This document shows positions 1 through 9,812 of a stretch of DNA of 64,000 nt, piece by piece; position 1 is the first letter of the stretch; each line of letters starts with the position of its first letter. The notes beneath the pieces were generated by a model that was not told where the DNA came from, searched no databases, and worked only from the letters and a program-made list of their open reading frames with translations. This stretch comes from Candidatus Pelagibacter ubique HIMB058. GTDB lineage: Bacteria; Pseudomonadota; Alphaproteobacteria; Pelagibacterales; Pelagibacteraceae. The stretch lies in contig ATTF01000002.1 of the NCBI GenBank assembly GCA_000419545.1, positions 4,093-68,092 on the forward strand, written 5' to 3'. Position numbers and translations under genes: made by a program.

Positions 1-75
1 AAATATAGGTGCTGGTAAATTTTTTTTTGCTAGTTTTCTAAAATCTTCAAAATTATAACAATCTTTAAGACTCAT
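1..75 (-). CDS. N-terminal 25 codons of an FMN-dependent alpha-hydroxy-acid dehydrogenase (L-lactate dehydrogenase/glycolate oxidase-like); CDS runs off the window edge
   Basis: The minus strand from ATG at 75 reads MSLKDCYNFEDFRKLAKKNLPAPIF. This resembles the DFRxLAKxxLPxxxF N-terminus of LldD-type enzymes. Only 25 aa are visible. Confidence 0.4.
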   Translation of the reverse strand, partial: MSLKDCYNFEDFRKLAKKNLPAPIF

Positions 76-80
76 TATAA

Positions 81-584
81 TTAAAATTTTTTAGAAAAAG
101 TTATTTGTTCGTTATCTGTACCTGGATTTGTATCACCCCAGTCATTATTCGAAATATGACTGTAACTATAACTTAATTTTGAGTTTTCAAATAAATCTAA
201 ACCTACTTTAATTTCACTTTTAAATTCTAAAACGCTGCCTAAATCTTTTCCATCACCTTTTTCATAATATCCAGGTGCAAAGCTAGGTAAAATTTTTAAC
301 GGACCAATACCATATTGTCCCTCTACACCAGTGTAAAGATAAACAGAGCTATCGCCTGTCATAAATCCTCCTGTAACAGGTTTAAATTTTCCTAAAAATG
401 TATCTCTAAATAAATTTGGATTTTTATGTTCTATTCCAAACAAAGAGGTTTGATCGTCACCCTCTTTATCAATTACATCAAAAGTTCCGGTATAAAACGA
501 AATATCAGCGTCACCTTCATCTGCAACTAAATTGCTTGTTGCAAATAATGTAAATACTAAAACTAGTAGGCTTTTTAAATTCAT
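81..584 (-). CDS. Outer-membrane acyloxyacyl hydrolase / lipid A 3-O-deacylase (PagL)-like protein
   Basis: Signal peptide MNLKSLLVLVFTLFATSNLVA, beta-strand-like alternation, C-terminal Phe, and an SHISNN motif resembling the HxSN catalytic motif of PagL-family proteins. Confidence 0.5.
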   Translation of the reverse strand: MNLKSLLVLVFTLFATSNLVADEGDADISFYTGTFDVIDKEGDDQTSLFGIEHKNPNLFRDTFLGKFKPVTGGFMTGDSSVYLYTGVEGQYGIGPLKILPSFAPGYYEKGDGKDLGSVLEFKSEIKVGLDLFENSKLSYSYSHISNNDWGDTNPGTDNEQITFSKKF

Positions 585-620
585 GCGAAAAAATACAACT
601 AATTGTTTAATAAGTACAGT

Positions 621-992
621 TTACTTTGCTATTTTATTTTTTTTATTAAAAAGTTTTATTATAAAAAAACCTCCTAAAATTAAGGCCATATAAGGCAAGA
701 TCCATAATAATGAATTTTGAATATTTAATTGAGGCTTGAAAACAATCCACTCACCATATTTATCCGACATAAAGGAATATATCTCCTCCTCTGTTAAACC
801 TTCATTAATAAGATCATCTACGACCATTTTTATAGTCTGAGCAAAATCAGAATTTGAGTCTGAAATTGATTGACCTTGACAAACTAAACAACGTAAATTT
901 TTCTGAACCTCCTTCGGATCTATCTGTTTTTCGGATGCAAATATACTTTGAGAAGCTATTAACAATATAATTAAGAGATATTTTATATTCAT
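621..992 (-). CDS. ccmH: Cytochrome c-type biogenesis protein CcmH
   Basis: LRCLVCQGQSISDS (LRCxxCQ) motif, signal sequence plus C-terminal TM, and position in the ccm operon. Confidence 0.85.
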   Translation of the reverse strand: MNIKYLLIILLIASQSIFASEKQIDPKEVQKNLRCLVCQGQSISDSNSDFAQTIKMVVDDLINEGLTEEEIYSFMSDKYGEWIVFKPQLNIQNSLLWILPYMALILGGFFIIKLFNKKNKIAK

Positions 993-1507
993 TACTTAAT
1001 AATCTCCTTAATATAATTTAAATCATTTTCAGATAAAGGTCCTACAAATTTTTTTATTACAATAAGCTCTTTATTTATAAGAATACTTTCTGGAATTCCA
1101 TAAATTCCAAATAAAACTGATTGTTTTCCATTCGTATCTTTTGTGGACACGTCATATGGATTTCCTAACTCATCCAAAAAATTTTTTGCTTGTTCTTTTT
1201 TATCTTTAAAATTCACACCAACTATTTTCATATTTTTTTCTTCAGATAACCTAATTAATAAGGGATGTTCAACCCGACAAGGAGCGCACCATGATGCCCA
1301 AAAATTAATTAATGTAAAATTATTTTTTCTCAAATCATTTTTTGTAAAGAAATTTTCTTTATTAAGATATGAAACTTTAAAATCTGGTATCTCTTTATTT
1401 ATCTGATTAGCGGTATTGTAATTTGTGTCTCTATTTAAACCTATAAAAAATACACTTAATATAAATAAAAAAATAAGTAAAATTATAGTCTTAACTATTT
1501 TTTGCAT
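992..1507 (-). CDS. ccmG: Thiol:disulfide interchange protein CcmG/DsbE
   Basis: Thioredoxin-fold motif WASWCAPCRVEHP, N-terminal TM anchor, and ccm operon context. Confidence 0.85.
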   Translation of the reverse strand: MQKIVKTIILLIFLFILSVFFIGLNRDTNYNTANQINKEIPDFKVSYLNKENFFTKNDLRKNNFTLINFWASWCAPCRVEHPLLIRLSEEKNMKIVGVNFKDKKEQAKNFLDELGNPYDVSTKDTNGKQSVLFGIYGIPESILINKELIVIKKFVGPLSENDLNYIKEIIK

Positions 1508-3368
1508 TTTTAAAAAATCTTAATAGACCTCCAATAACAACCATGATGACAGAAAGCCAAATCCAGATCATTAAAGGTTTTTCTTGAAACTTAATATTAT
1601 AATAATCTGATCTATCAATATTACTCATGGTCAAATAATGATCTTTAATAAAGCTTGTTTTGATTGAAGCTTCATAAGTAAGAGTTTTTGGATTACTGTA
1701 AATTCGAATCTCTGGTTTTAAAATATTTCTGTCTTTTCCATTAAATATTTCAAATTCACCAACTACAGCTTGATAATTGGTAAAATCTTTTAATTCTAAG
1801 TTTTTAAATTCAATTGAATAGTTGTCAAATTTTTTTATCTCACCAATTTTCATATTGTAATCTTTTTCGATTGAGAAAATGTAATTTAACCCGATAAACA
1901 AAACTAAAAACCCAAATGATCCATGTGAAATTATTCTACCTAAGTCTAAATTGTTCTTCTTTTTTGAAACAACAAAATCTTTTATGGACGAGAGAATTAG
2001 AAATAAAGCACTTATAATTATAAAATTTGATAAAATACTAAAATTTTTAAAAAATAAAATAATCATCAAATTTATCAAAATTGCTCCGAGCAATATTGAA
2101 AAATATAATTTAATGTTATCAAATTTATTTTTTATCCAGCTTGCATTTGGTCCTATGGACATAAAAATTAAAAAAATTACAACTACTGGAAAAATAATGG
2201 CGTTATAAAAAGGGGGGCCTACAGAAATTTTATTTTGGGAGAGAGCATCAGTAAAAATCGGATAAATTGTTCCTAGTAAAACTGTTACTAAGTAAAACAT
2301 CATGAACCAATTATTAACTAAAACAAACGTTTCTTTGCTGTTTTGATTCAAATTATAATTTTCAGTTTTGTATTTCTTAAATAAAAGAAAAACTGAACCA
2401 AAAATCATTAAACTTAAAAATGATAATATGTAAATTCCTCTTGTAGGATCACTAGCGAAAGTGTGCACTGAGTTTAAAATTCCAGACCTAACTAAAAATG
2501 TTCCTGTAACACTTAAAATAAAAGTCATTAGGCATAAAATAATTACCCAAAAATAAAATAAATTTCTTTTTTCAAAAACTATGATGGAATGAAATAAAGC
2601 TGTCATTGCAAACCAAGGGAGCAAAGAGGCATTTTCAACTGGATCCCAAAACCAAAACCCTCCCCAGCCTAATTCATAGTAAGCCCATATAGATCCAACT
2701 AAAATTCCAAGAGTTTGAAAACTCCAAGAAATTAATATCCAATTTTTTATTGAACTAGCAAAATTTTTTTCAGAATAATTAGAGATTAAAGATGCAATTG
2801 CAGCAGAAAAATAAATAGATGAACCCACAAAGCCTATATAGAGTAAAGGCGGGTGTATAGCTAAAGCAGGATCTTGTAAGATTGGATTTAATCCGAGGCC
2901 CTCTTTAGGAATTGGAGATAAAGGACTAAACGGATTAGAATTTAGCAAAATAAAAAATAAAAATCCTATTATTAAAATATTCTGAATAATTAATGTTAGT
3001 AGTCTAAATTTTTTTGGGTGATTTTTATTGTAAATTAAAAATAAGAATGAAAAAATTGATAAAATAATTACCCATAACATTAAGCTTCCTTCGTGATTTC
3101 CCCAGGTACCAGTAATCTTATAGAAAATTGGCTTCATTGAATGTGAGTTTTGATAAACTGTAATTAAAGAAAAATCAGAAACAATAAATGCAGCTATTAA
3201 AGTGAAAAAACAAATTATAACTGTAGTGCTTTGAATTAAACTTAACTGAAAAATATGCTTAGTAATTTGATTGCCATTTAATTTAAGATTTTTATTTGAG
3301 AGATAAATAATACTTAAGCTTAAAACTATACTTGCAAATAATAATAAATTTCCAAAATTACTTATCAT
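1491..3368 (-). CDS. ccmF: Cytochrome c heme lyase subunit CcmF
   Basis: 625-aa polytopic membrane protein with the WGGFWFWDPVEN tryptophan-rich (WWD) motif; lies in the ccm operon. Confidence 0.9.
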   Translation of the reverse strand: MISNFGNLLLFASIVLSLSIIYLSNKNLKLNGNQITKHIFQLSLIQSTTVIICFFTLIAAFIVSDFSLITVYQNSHSMKPIFYKITGTWGNHEGSLMLWVIILSIFSFLFLIYNKNHPKKFRLLTLIIQNILIIGFLFFILLNSNPFSPLSPIPKEGLGLNPILQDPALAIHPPLLYIGFVGSSIYFSAAIASLISNYSEKNFASSIKNWILISWSFQTLGILVGSIWAYYELGWGGFWFWDPVENASLLPWFAMTALFHSIIVFEKRNLFYFWVIILCLMTFILSVTGTFLVRSGILNSVHTFASDPTRGIYILSFLSLMIFGSVFLLFKKYKTENYNLNQNSKETFVLVNNWFMMFYLVTVLLGTIYPIFTDALSQNKISVGPPFYNAIIFPVVVIFLIFMSIGPNASWIKNKFDNIKLYFSILLGAILINLMIILFFKNFSILSNFIIISALFLILSSIKDFVVSKKKNNLDLGRIISHGSFGFLVLFIGLNYIFSIEKDYNMKIGEIKKFDNYSIEFKNLELKDFTNYQAVVGEFEIFNGKDRNILKPEIRIYSNPKTLTYEASIKTSFIKDHYLTMSNIDRSDYYNIKFQEKPLMIWIWLSVIMVVIGGLLRFFKNAKNS

Positions 3369-3786
3369 TGTTCTTCATAATAGATTGTAACTCGGGTGGC
3401 ATATAATTTTCATCATGTTTTGCTAATATTCTATCAGCTATAAAAAATGATTTATCTTGTAGTTTGCCTTCAGCGACAACACCTTTTTCTTCAGAAAATA
3501 AATTTGGCACAGTTCCGCTATAACTAATCATTAATTCATTTTTAAAATCTGTAATAACAAATTTTATCTCTTGCTCTTTAATTTCGAGAGAGTTTTTCTT
3601 TACCATTCCTCCAACTCTGATTTTTTTTTTAGAAAATATATCTTGATCGTTTTTAATATCTGTCGGGGATTTAAAATATAAAATGTTCTTATCTAAGGTT
3701 TGAAGAATAAAAAAAATTGCTAAAATTGATACTAACAATAAAGCAGCTAAAAGAGACGCTCTTTTTTTAACTTTCTTTTGAAGCAT
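3358..3786 (-). CDS. ccmE: Heme chaperone CcmE
   Basis: N-terminal TM anchor and C-terminal LAKHDENYMPPE heme-binding motif. Confidence 0.9.
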   Translation of the reverse strand: MLQKKVKKRASLLAALLLVSILAIFFILQTLDKNILYFKSPTDIKNDQDIFSKKKIRVGGMVKKNSLEIKEQEIKFVITDFKNELMISYSGTVPNLFSEEKGVVAEGKLQDKSFFIADRILAKHDENYMPPELQSIMKNNDK

Positions 3787-3794
3787 TTAATGCT

Positions 3795-4028
3795 TTAGAT
3801 AGTTTTGCTATATGAAGATATAACTTGTGAAGCTATTTTTGAATTTTCAATAACAGAAGCTTTTTGTTCTCTAGATAATTCATTAATTTCTTTTGCAAAT
3901 TCACTCTCATATTTCTTTAATGTTTTGTAAGTTTTGTAGTAAACAACTCCACACACAAAAAATGTTATTGCAAAAGATGACCAAACAAAAATGCCGTAAC
4001 CGTTCATTGATATTAAATTTTGAATCAT
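3795..4028 (-). CDS. ccmD: Heme exporter protein CcmD (small membrane protein)
   Basis: 77-aa single-TM protein between ccmC and ccmE, with a 4-nt overlap with ccmC. The call rests mainly on position. Confidence 0.6.
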   Translation of the reverse strand: MIQNLISMNGYGIFVWSSFAITFFVCGVVYYKTYKTLKKYESEFAKEINELSREQKASVIENSKIASQVISSYSKTI

Positions 4029-4732
4029 AGTCTTTTTAAATTTTTTTTCTTAATTCTAATGATTTCTGTCTTATATTTCATTAGAAAAATTAACGCACAA
4101 TATAACAATAACACAAAAAACATAAGAAATAATGGCATAAGCATTGAGGAATGAATTGTGCTTGTGCCTGTTAGTTTAATACTTGCTGGTTGATGTAGTG
4201 TGTTCCACCAGTCAACAGAGTATTTGATAATTGGCACATTAATAAAACCAATTATTGCTATAAGACTTGAGGTCCTGTCAGCTTTATCTTCTTGTGCTAT
4301 TAATTTATTAGCTAAAATAAACCCTATATAAAATAAAGATAGGACTAACATAGAAGTTATTCTTGCATCCCAAGCCCACCAAGTTCCCCAAGTTGGCTGT
4401 CCCCAAATAGCTCCGGTAACAATTGCTAGACATGTAAACATGAGTCCTATTGGTGCAATACTTTTAGTAATTAATTTTATGTTTTTAATTTTAAAAATAA
4501 AATTTGCTAATGATAATAACGCGATTGAAGAAAATGAGGCTAAACCTATCCAGGCCGCAGGAACATGCACGTACATTATTCTCACACTATCCCCTTGTAA
4601 ATAATCAGGTGGAGATAAAATTAAAGCGAATGAAAGTGCAACTAATAATAAAATAAAAAAAATTGAACTAATGAATTTAGTTAATTTTTCTATCCAAATA
4701 AATGTGTTACTTAAACTAAAAAATCTAAACAT
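4025..4732 (-). CDS. ccmC: Heme exporter protein CcmC
   Basis: Polytopic membrane protein with the WGTWWAWDARIT WWD motif. Confidence 0.9.
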   Translation of the reverse strand: MFRFFSLSNTFIWIEKLTKFISSIFFILLLVALSFALILSPPDYLQGDSVRIMYVHVPAAWIGLASFSSIALLSLANFIFKIKNIKLITKSIAPIGLMFTCLAIVTGAIWGQPTWGTWWAWDARITSMLVLSLFYIGFILANKLIAQEDKADRTSSLIAIIGFINVPIIKYSVDWWNTLHQPASIKLTGTSTIHSSMLMPLFLMFFVLLLYCALIFLMKYKTEIIRIKKKNLKRL

Positions 4733-4777
4733 TTAAATTGATTACAATAATATTAATTTTATGGGAAGGTGTTTTTA

Positions 4778-4833
4778 AGCCCAACTGAGAATTAGGAGGG
4801 AGTTAACTAAAGAAGTTTATCCTCAATCGGGCT
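4778..4833 (-). other. Long-stem hairpin in the hspQ-ccmC spacer, strand-specific for the minus-strand transcript
   Basis: The minus-strand RNA AGCCCGAUUGAG..(32 nt)..CUCAGUUGGGCU forms 12 contiguous pairs, 2 of them G-U. On the plus strand the same two positions are A-C mismatches. No U-run follows the stem. Confidence 0.35.
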
Positions 4834-4905
4834 AAAACATTTTTAAATCTAAATGATTTCTTTGACTTCTATTTGAGTAAAAATTGTTAAATTTTAGGCA
4901 GAGAA

Positions 4906-5229
4906 TTAGTTAGAAATTTTATGGTAACTAGAACCTTTTTTTCCTGAAAAAATTTCCTCTATAAGGGGGTGCTTAACTGGCTCTTTCGATTGATCCAATA
5001 ATAGATTTTGCTCTGAAACATATGCTTCGTAAGTCACATCATTGCTCTCTGCCAACAAATGATAAAAAGGTTGGTCTTTTCTAGGTCTTACCTCTTTAGG
5101 AATTGACTGATACCATTCCTCTGAATTATTGAACTCAAAATCTACATCGTAAATGACACCTCTAAAATCAAAGTGTCTGTGCTTTACAACTTCTCCTATT
5201 GAAAATTTTGCAGTATTGCTTGTAGCCAT
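4906..5229 (-). CDS. hspQ: Heat-shock protein HspQ / hemimethylated-DNA-binding YccV-domain protein
   Basis: FSIGEVVKHRHFDFRGVIYDVD matches the YccV-domain signature; 107 aa. Confidence 0.75.
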   Translation of the reverse strand: MATSNTAKFSIGEVVKHRHFDFRGVIYDVDFEFNNSEEWYQSIPKEVRPRKDQPFYHLLAESNDVTYEAYVSEQNLLLDQSKEPVKHPLIEEIFSGKKGSSYHKISN

Positions 5230-5306
5230 AGGTAATAGTTAGTAATTTTTATATTAAAATCAATATCTAATTTATTAAAATTTTATAATGTGTTAAAAAT
5301 CTTGTT

Positions 5307-5852
5307 GTGAATAAGTCTTTTTTAAAATTTATCACCGACTTTGGACCTCTTCTTATTTTTTTTACTATTTATTACAAAAGTGGAAATAATTTAAAAGCTG
5401 CAATTCCTCCACTAATAATTTCAACATTGATTGCCGTAGCCATAATGTACGTAGTTGAAAAAAAAATTCCTTACGTTCCTTTAATTGGAGCCATTGTAAT
5501 TTCTTTATTTGGAGGGTTAACTTTATATTTTGATAACCCAATATTTATTTACATGAAGCCAACGATAGTAAATGTAATTTTTGCCTTAATACTAATAGTT
5601 AGTAAGGTTTTTTATCAAAAAAATTTTCTAAAATTGTTTTTACAAACAGCTTTTCAATTAAATGAGGAGGGATGGAGTAAGCTTAATTTTAGATGGGCAT
5701 ATTTTTTTATTTTTTTAGCAATTTTAAATGAGATAGTCTGGCGGACACAACCTGAAACAACATGGGTAAATTTTAAAGTTTGGGGAATGTTGCCAATTAC
5801 AATTATTTTCACTGCAATGCAGGTTCCTTTAATTAACAAATATAAAGTATGA
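5307..5852 (+). CDS. yciB: Intracellular septation protein A (YciB/IspZ family)
   Basis: GTG start. The N-terminus xxLKFITDFGPLLIFF and five-TM layout are typical of YciB. Confidence 0.8.
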   Translation: MNKSFLKFITDFGPLLIFFTIYYKSGNNLKAAIPPLIISTLIAVAIMYVVEKKIPYVPLIGAIVISLFGGLTLYFDNPIFIYMKPTIVNVIFALILIVSKVFYQKNFLKLFLQTAFQLNEEGWSKLNFRWAYFFIFLAILNEIVWRTQPETTWVNFKVWGMLPITIIFTAMQVPLINKYKV

Positions 5853-6196
5853 ATAAAATTAAATTAGTAATAAATAATACCAACCAACAAAGAGAGAAAG
5901 AAAAGTTTTTTATTAAAAAAGAATTGCAAAGTATATTAAATTTATATGCCAAGATGGTTTCTAACGGTTCATGGAAAGATTATTCATTCTCATCAGGTAT
6001 CAAAGAAGTTTCATTTAATATCTACCAAAGAGCATCTGAAAAACCTGTAATAAGAATTTCGAAAAATCTTAAACCTAAGTATTTTAATGAAAGATATTTT
6101 ATTAAAGATAGAGACGGAACTATTTTAAAAAAATCGGAAAATCTAAATCAACTTATTAATAAAATGAGTTGGAATAAATTAAGAATTATAAAGTAA
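5849..6196 (+). CDS. Conserved alphaproteobacterial protein (DUF2794-like)
   Basis: 115 aa with a 4-nt overlap with yciB. The pattern LQSILNLYAKMVSNGSWKDYS resembles the DUF2794 family from memory. Confidence 0.45.
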   Translation: MNKIKLVINNTNQQREKEKFFIKKELQSILNLYAKMVSNGSWKDYSFSSGIKEVSFNIYQRASEKPVIRISKNLKPKYFNERYFIKDRDGTILKKSENLNQLINKMSWNKLRIIK

Positions 6197-6949
6197 TTAC
6201 CTTCTTTGACCAAAAAGTCTTAGAAGCATTATGAAAAGATTTATGAAATCTAAGTAAAGTGTTAACGCACCCATAACAGCTTTTTTGCCCATTAGTTCTC
6301 CGCTGTCGCTAACTAGATACATGTTTTTTATTTTTTGAGTATCGTAAGCTGTTAATCCAACAAAAATTAAAACACCAATGATTGATATTACAAAATACAT
6401 CATAGGTGATTTCATAAATATGTTTACTAATGAAGCAATGATAATTCCGAAAAGACCCATCATTAAAAACGAGCCAAGCTTAGTTAAATCTCTTTTAGTA
6501 GTGTAACCATAAATGCTCATAGCACCGAACGTACCTGCGGTTATGAAGAATACCCTAGTTATGCTCGTGCCTGTGTACATTAAAAAAATTGAAGAAAGTG
6601 AAGCTCCCATTAAAGCTGCAAAAATCCAAAAAGTTGTTTGTGCTTTAGCTGCAGACATTTTTGCAATTCCAAAACTCATATAAAAAACTACAGCAAGTGG
6701 AGCCAGCATAATTACCCATTTAAGCCCAGATGCATAAATTGTGTTTCCAAAATTTGTCAAACCTAAAATCTGTCCACCATCAGAAGTTACAACTGCCATT
6801 TTAAAAAATGCTAAAGCAATAAAACCAGTTAATAATACTCCTGAAGCCATATAGTTATAGACTTTCAGCATGTATGATCTTAATCCTTGATCTATGATTG
6901 CTTCTGAAGCAGAAGATCTTACAGTGGATGTTTGTTTGTTTAATTCCAT
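6197..6949 (-). CDS. Bax inhibitor-1/YccA family membrane protein
   Basis: Seven-TM protein. The N-terminal IDQGLRSYMLKVYNYMASGVLLTG and the C-terminal basic tail are typical of BI-1/YccA. Confidence 0.8.
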   Translation of the reverse strand: MELNKQTSTVRSSASEAIIDQGLRSYMLKVYNYMASGVLLTGFIALAFFKMAVVTSDGGQILGLTNFGNTIYASGLKWVIMLAPLAVVFYMSFGIAKMSAAKAQTTFWIFAALMGASLSSIFLMYTGTSITRVFFITAGTFGAMSIYGYTTKRDLTKLGSFLMMGLFGIIIASLVNIFMKSPMMYFVISIIGVLIFVGLTAYDTQKIKNMYLVSDSGELMGKKAVMGALTLYLDFINLFIMLLRLFGQRR

Positions 6950-7028
6950 ACTTTATATATAAGATTTTTTAATAACTTTTCAATAGGCAAAATATGACCT
7001 AAAACTGTTAAGAAAACATTATAAATTT

Positions 7029-8066
7029 ATGAAATTCAAAAAACTTGGAAATACCGATCTCGATGTGAGCTTAATTTGTTTAGGCACTATGACATGGGGA
7101 ACTCAAAATACTGAGAAAGATGCTTTTGAACAAATGGACTATTCTATCAGTCAAGGCGTAAATTTTTTTGATACTGCAGAAATTTATTCGGTTCCACCAA
7201 CCTCTGACTCTTACGGAAAAACAGAGATCATGATTGGTAATTGGTTTGAAAAAAGAAAAAATAGAGACAAAATAATTTTGGCGTCTAAAGTAGCTGGACC
7301 AGGTTGTGATTGGATTAGAGGTGGTGGGAATAATTTTGATGAAAAGAAAATAGGAGAAGCAATAGAGGGTAGTTTAAAAAGATTAAAAACTGATTATATC
7401 GATTTATATCAATTACATTGGCCAGAACGCTCGACTAATTTTTTTGGAAGAAGAGATTATTCGTACAATAATAAAGAAGGTGAATGGAATAGTTTTGAAA
7501 ATATTCTAGATGCTCTAGGCAAATATATAAAGAGTGGCAAAATTAGGTATATAGGCATGTCCAATGAAACTCCTTATGGATTATCTAGGTATCTTGAAAT
7601 TTCTAAAAACAAAGGCGCTCCTAGAATGATGTCAGTTCAAAACCCTTACAGCTTAGTGAATAGAACTTATGAAATTGGAATGTCTGAAATCTCAATTAGA
7701 CAAAAGTGTGGTTTGCTCGTTTATTATCCTCTTGCAGCTGGAGCATTGTCAGGAAAATATAGAAATGGTGAGATGCCAAAAAATTCTAGAATGGCTCTTT
7801 TCAAAGGTTGGGAACGTCATTTAAACCCTTTGGCAATGCGAGCTTATGATGAGTATTATAAACTTGCCAAGGATTTTAATTTAACCATGGTTCAGCTTGC
7901 ACAGTCTTTTGTTAACTCAAGACCATTTGTTACTAGTAATATTATTGGGGCCACAACGATGGAGCAACTTAAAGAAAATATTGACAGTGTTAATATTGAT
8001 TTCACAGATGAAATGATGGAAAGAGTTGATAAAATTCATAATGAAAATCCAAATCCTTCGCCATAA
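7029..8066 (+). CDS. NADP(H)-dependent aldo/keto reductase (Tas-like)
   Basis: MKFKKLGNTDLDVSLICLGTMTWG, FFDTAEIY and DLYQLHWPER are AKR family signatures. Confidence 0.85.
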   Translation: MKFKKLGNTDLDVSLICLGTMTWGTQNTEKDAFEQMDYSISQGVNFFDTAEIYSVPPTSDSYGKTEIMIGNWFEKRKNRDKIILASKVAGPGCDWIRGGGNNFDEKKIGEAIEGSLKRLKTDYIDLYQLHWPERSTNFFGRRDYSYNNKEGEWNSFENILDALGKYIKSGKIRYIGMSNETPYGLSRYLEISKNKGAPRMMSVQNPYSLVNRTYEIGMSEISIRQKCGLLVYYPLAAGALSGKYRNGEMPKNSRMALFKGWERHLNPLAMRAYDEYYKLAKDFNLTMVQLAQSFVNSRPFVTSNIIGATTMEQLKENIDSVNIDFTDEMMERVDKIHNENPNPSP

Positions 8067-8107
8067 ACAATCTTTATAATAGAATAAATTTAGTATAAAA
8101 AAGAATC

Positions 8108-8608
8108 ATGTCCTTTAAAAAAATTTTGGTATTTATTTTCTTCATTACTTTCTCACTTGAAGCCTTTGCTAACACTCCAAGATCAACCGGAAAATATAAA
8201 AACTGGGAAAGTTTTGTTGCAGAAACAGATCAAGGAAAAATATGTTTTGCACAAACAAAACCTACTAAAAGAGCACCTGGTGCTATTAAAAGAAATGAGT
8301 CAAAATTATTCGTAACCTTTAGACCTGCAGATAGCATAAATGATGAAGTAAGCATTACTAGTGGCCATGATTATAAGGCTTCGAGTGTTACTGCTAGCTC
8401 AGGAAAAAGAAAATACTCATTCTTTTCACAAAAAGATTTCGCCTGGTTATTAGATGATCAAGAAGAAGAAAAATTCATCAAGCTAATGAAAAGAGCAACA
8501 GATTTAATTGTAAAAGCTAGAACTACTAAAGGTGCAGAAACTACTGATCATTATTCGATGATGGGGTTTACGAAAGCTTATAACACAGCAAAAAAAACCT
8601 GCGGCTAA
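8108..8608 (+). CDS. Secreted invasion-associated locus B (IalB)-like protein
   Basis: Signal peptide and a W-x-C pattern (KNWESFVAETDQGKICFAQTKP) with a C-terminal Cys, as in the IalB family. Confidence 0.5.
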   Translation: MSFKKILVFIFFITFSLEAFANTPRSTGKYKNWESFVAETDQGKICFAQTKPTKRAPGAIKRNESKLFVTFRPADSINDEVSITSGHDYKASSVTASSGKRKYSFFSQKDFAWLLDDQEEEKFIKLMKRATDLIVKARTTKGAETTDHYSMMGFTKAYNTAKKTCG

Positions 8609-9794
8609 ATGAAGAAAATTGTTTTAGCTTATTCTGGAGGTTTGGATACCTCAATTATTCTTAGATGGTTACAAGAAAACTATAAAGCAGAAGTAATTGC
8701 TTACACCTCAGATATTGGACAAGAAATTGATAGAAAAAAAATTATAAGAAACGCTAAGCGCCTAGGTGTTAAAAAAATAATTATTGAAGATCTAAAGAAT
8801 ATTTTTGTTAAAGACTACGTCTTTCCCATGATAAGGGCTCATGCGGTTTATGAAGGAGTTTATTTACTTGGAACATCAATAGCTAGGCCCTTGATTGCTA
8901 AAAGACAGATTGAAATAGCAAAAAAATTTAAAGCTTATGCTGTATCACACGGAGCTACTGGAAAAGGAAATGACCAGGTGAGGTTTGAACTTGGTTATGC
9001 TTTTTTTGGAGGTAAAAAAATTAAAACTATCGCTCCATGGAGAGAATGGAAATTACAATCAAGAGCAGATTTAATAAAATATGCAAAGAAAAATAACATT
9101 CCAATACCTAAAGACAAAAAAGGTGCGCCACCTTTTTCTGTAGATGATAATATTTTTCATACTTCAACTGAGGGAAAAGTTTTAGAAAACCCAAAAAATT
9201 CAGCTCCAGAATTTATTTTTCAAAGAACTATATCTCCAGAAAAAGCTCCAAATAAAAAAAACAAAAGTAAGAATTACTTTTAAAAATAGTGATCCCATAG
9301 CTATTAACGGAAAAAAATTAAAACCAGAACAAATTTTAGAGAAATTAAATATACTCGCTGGAAAAAATGGTATCGGAAGAGTTGATCTTGTTGAAAATCG
9401 TTTCATCGGCATCAAGTCAAGAGGAGTTTATGAGACACCTGGAGGAACTTTATTATACGCTGCTCACAGGGCAATTGAGTCTGTAACTTTAGATAAAAAA
9501 ACAGCACACGACAAAGAAAGAGTTATGCCTGAATATGCTGAGTTAGTTTACAATGGATATTGGTTTTCAAAAAAAAGAATAAAACTTCAAAAAATAATTG
9601 ATAAAAATAAAAGTAAGGTCTCTGGAGATATAATTCTTGGATTGTATAAAGGAAACATTACAATTCTTTCAAGAAAGACGAAAAATAAAGCTTACTCCAT
9701 GAAAAAAGTTTCGTTTGAAGAAAATAAAACTTTTAATAAGAAAAAAGTTGAGAGTTTTATAAATTACCATTCAAAACAGTTAAATAAGTCCTAA
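8609..9794 (+). pseudogene. argG: Argininosuccinate synthase, interrupted by a +1 frameshift in an A8 run (9254-9261)
   Basis: The 5' ORF (8609-9283) begins [15 protein letters not shown] (ArgG N-type ATP-PPase motif). Removing one A from the A8 run reads through as [22 protein letters not shown]...GIGRVDLVENRFIGIKSRGVYETPGG...MPEYAELVYNGYWFS, ending at 9794. That gives a contiguous 395-codon ArgG. Confidence 0.85.
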
Positions 9795-9812
9795 TAATCT
9801 GTTAAGATTATT

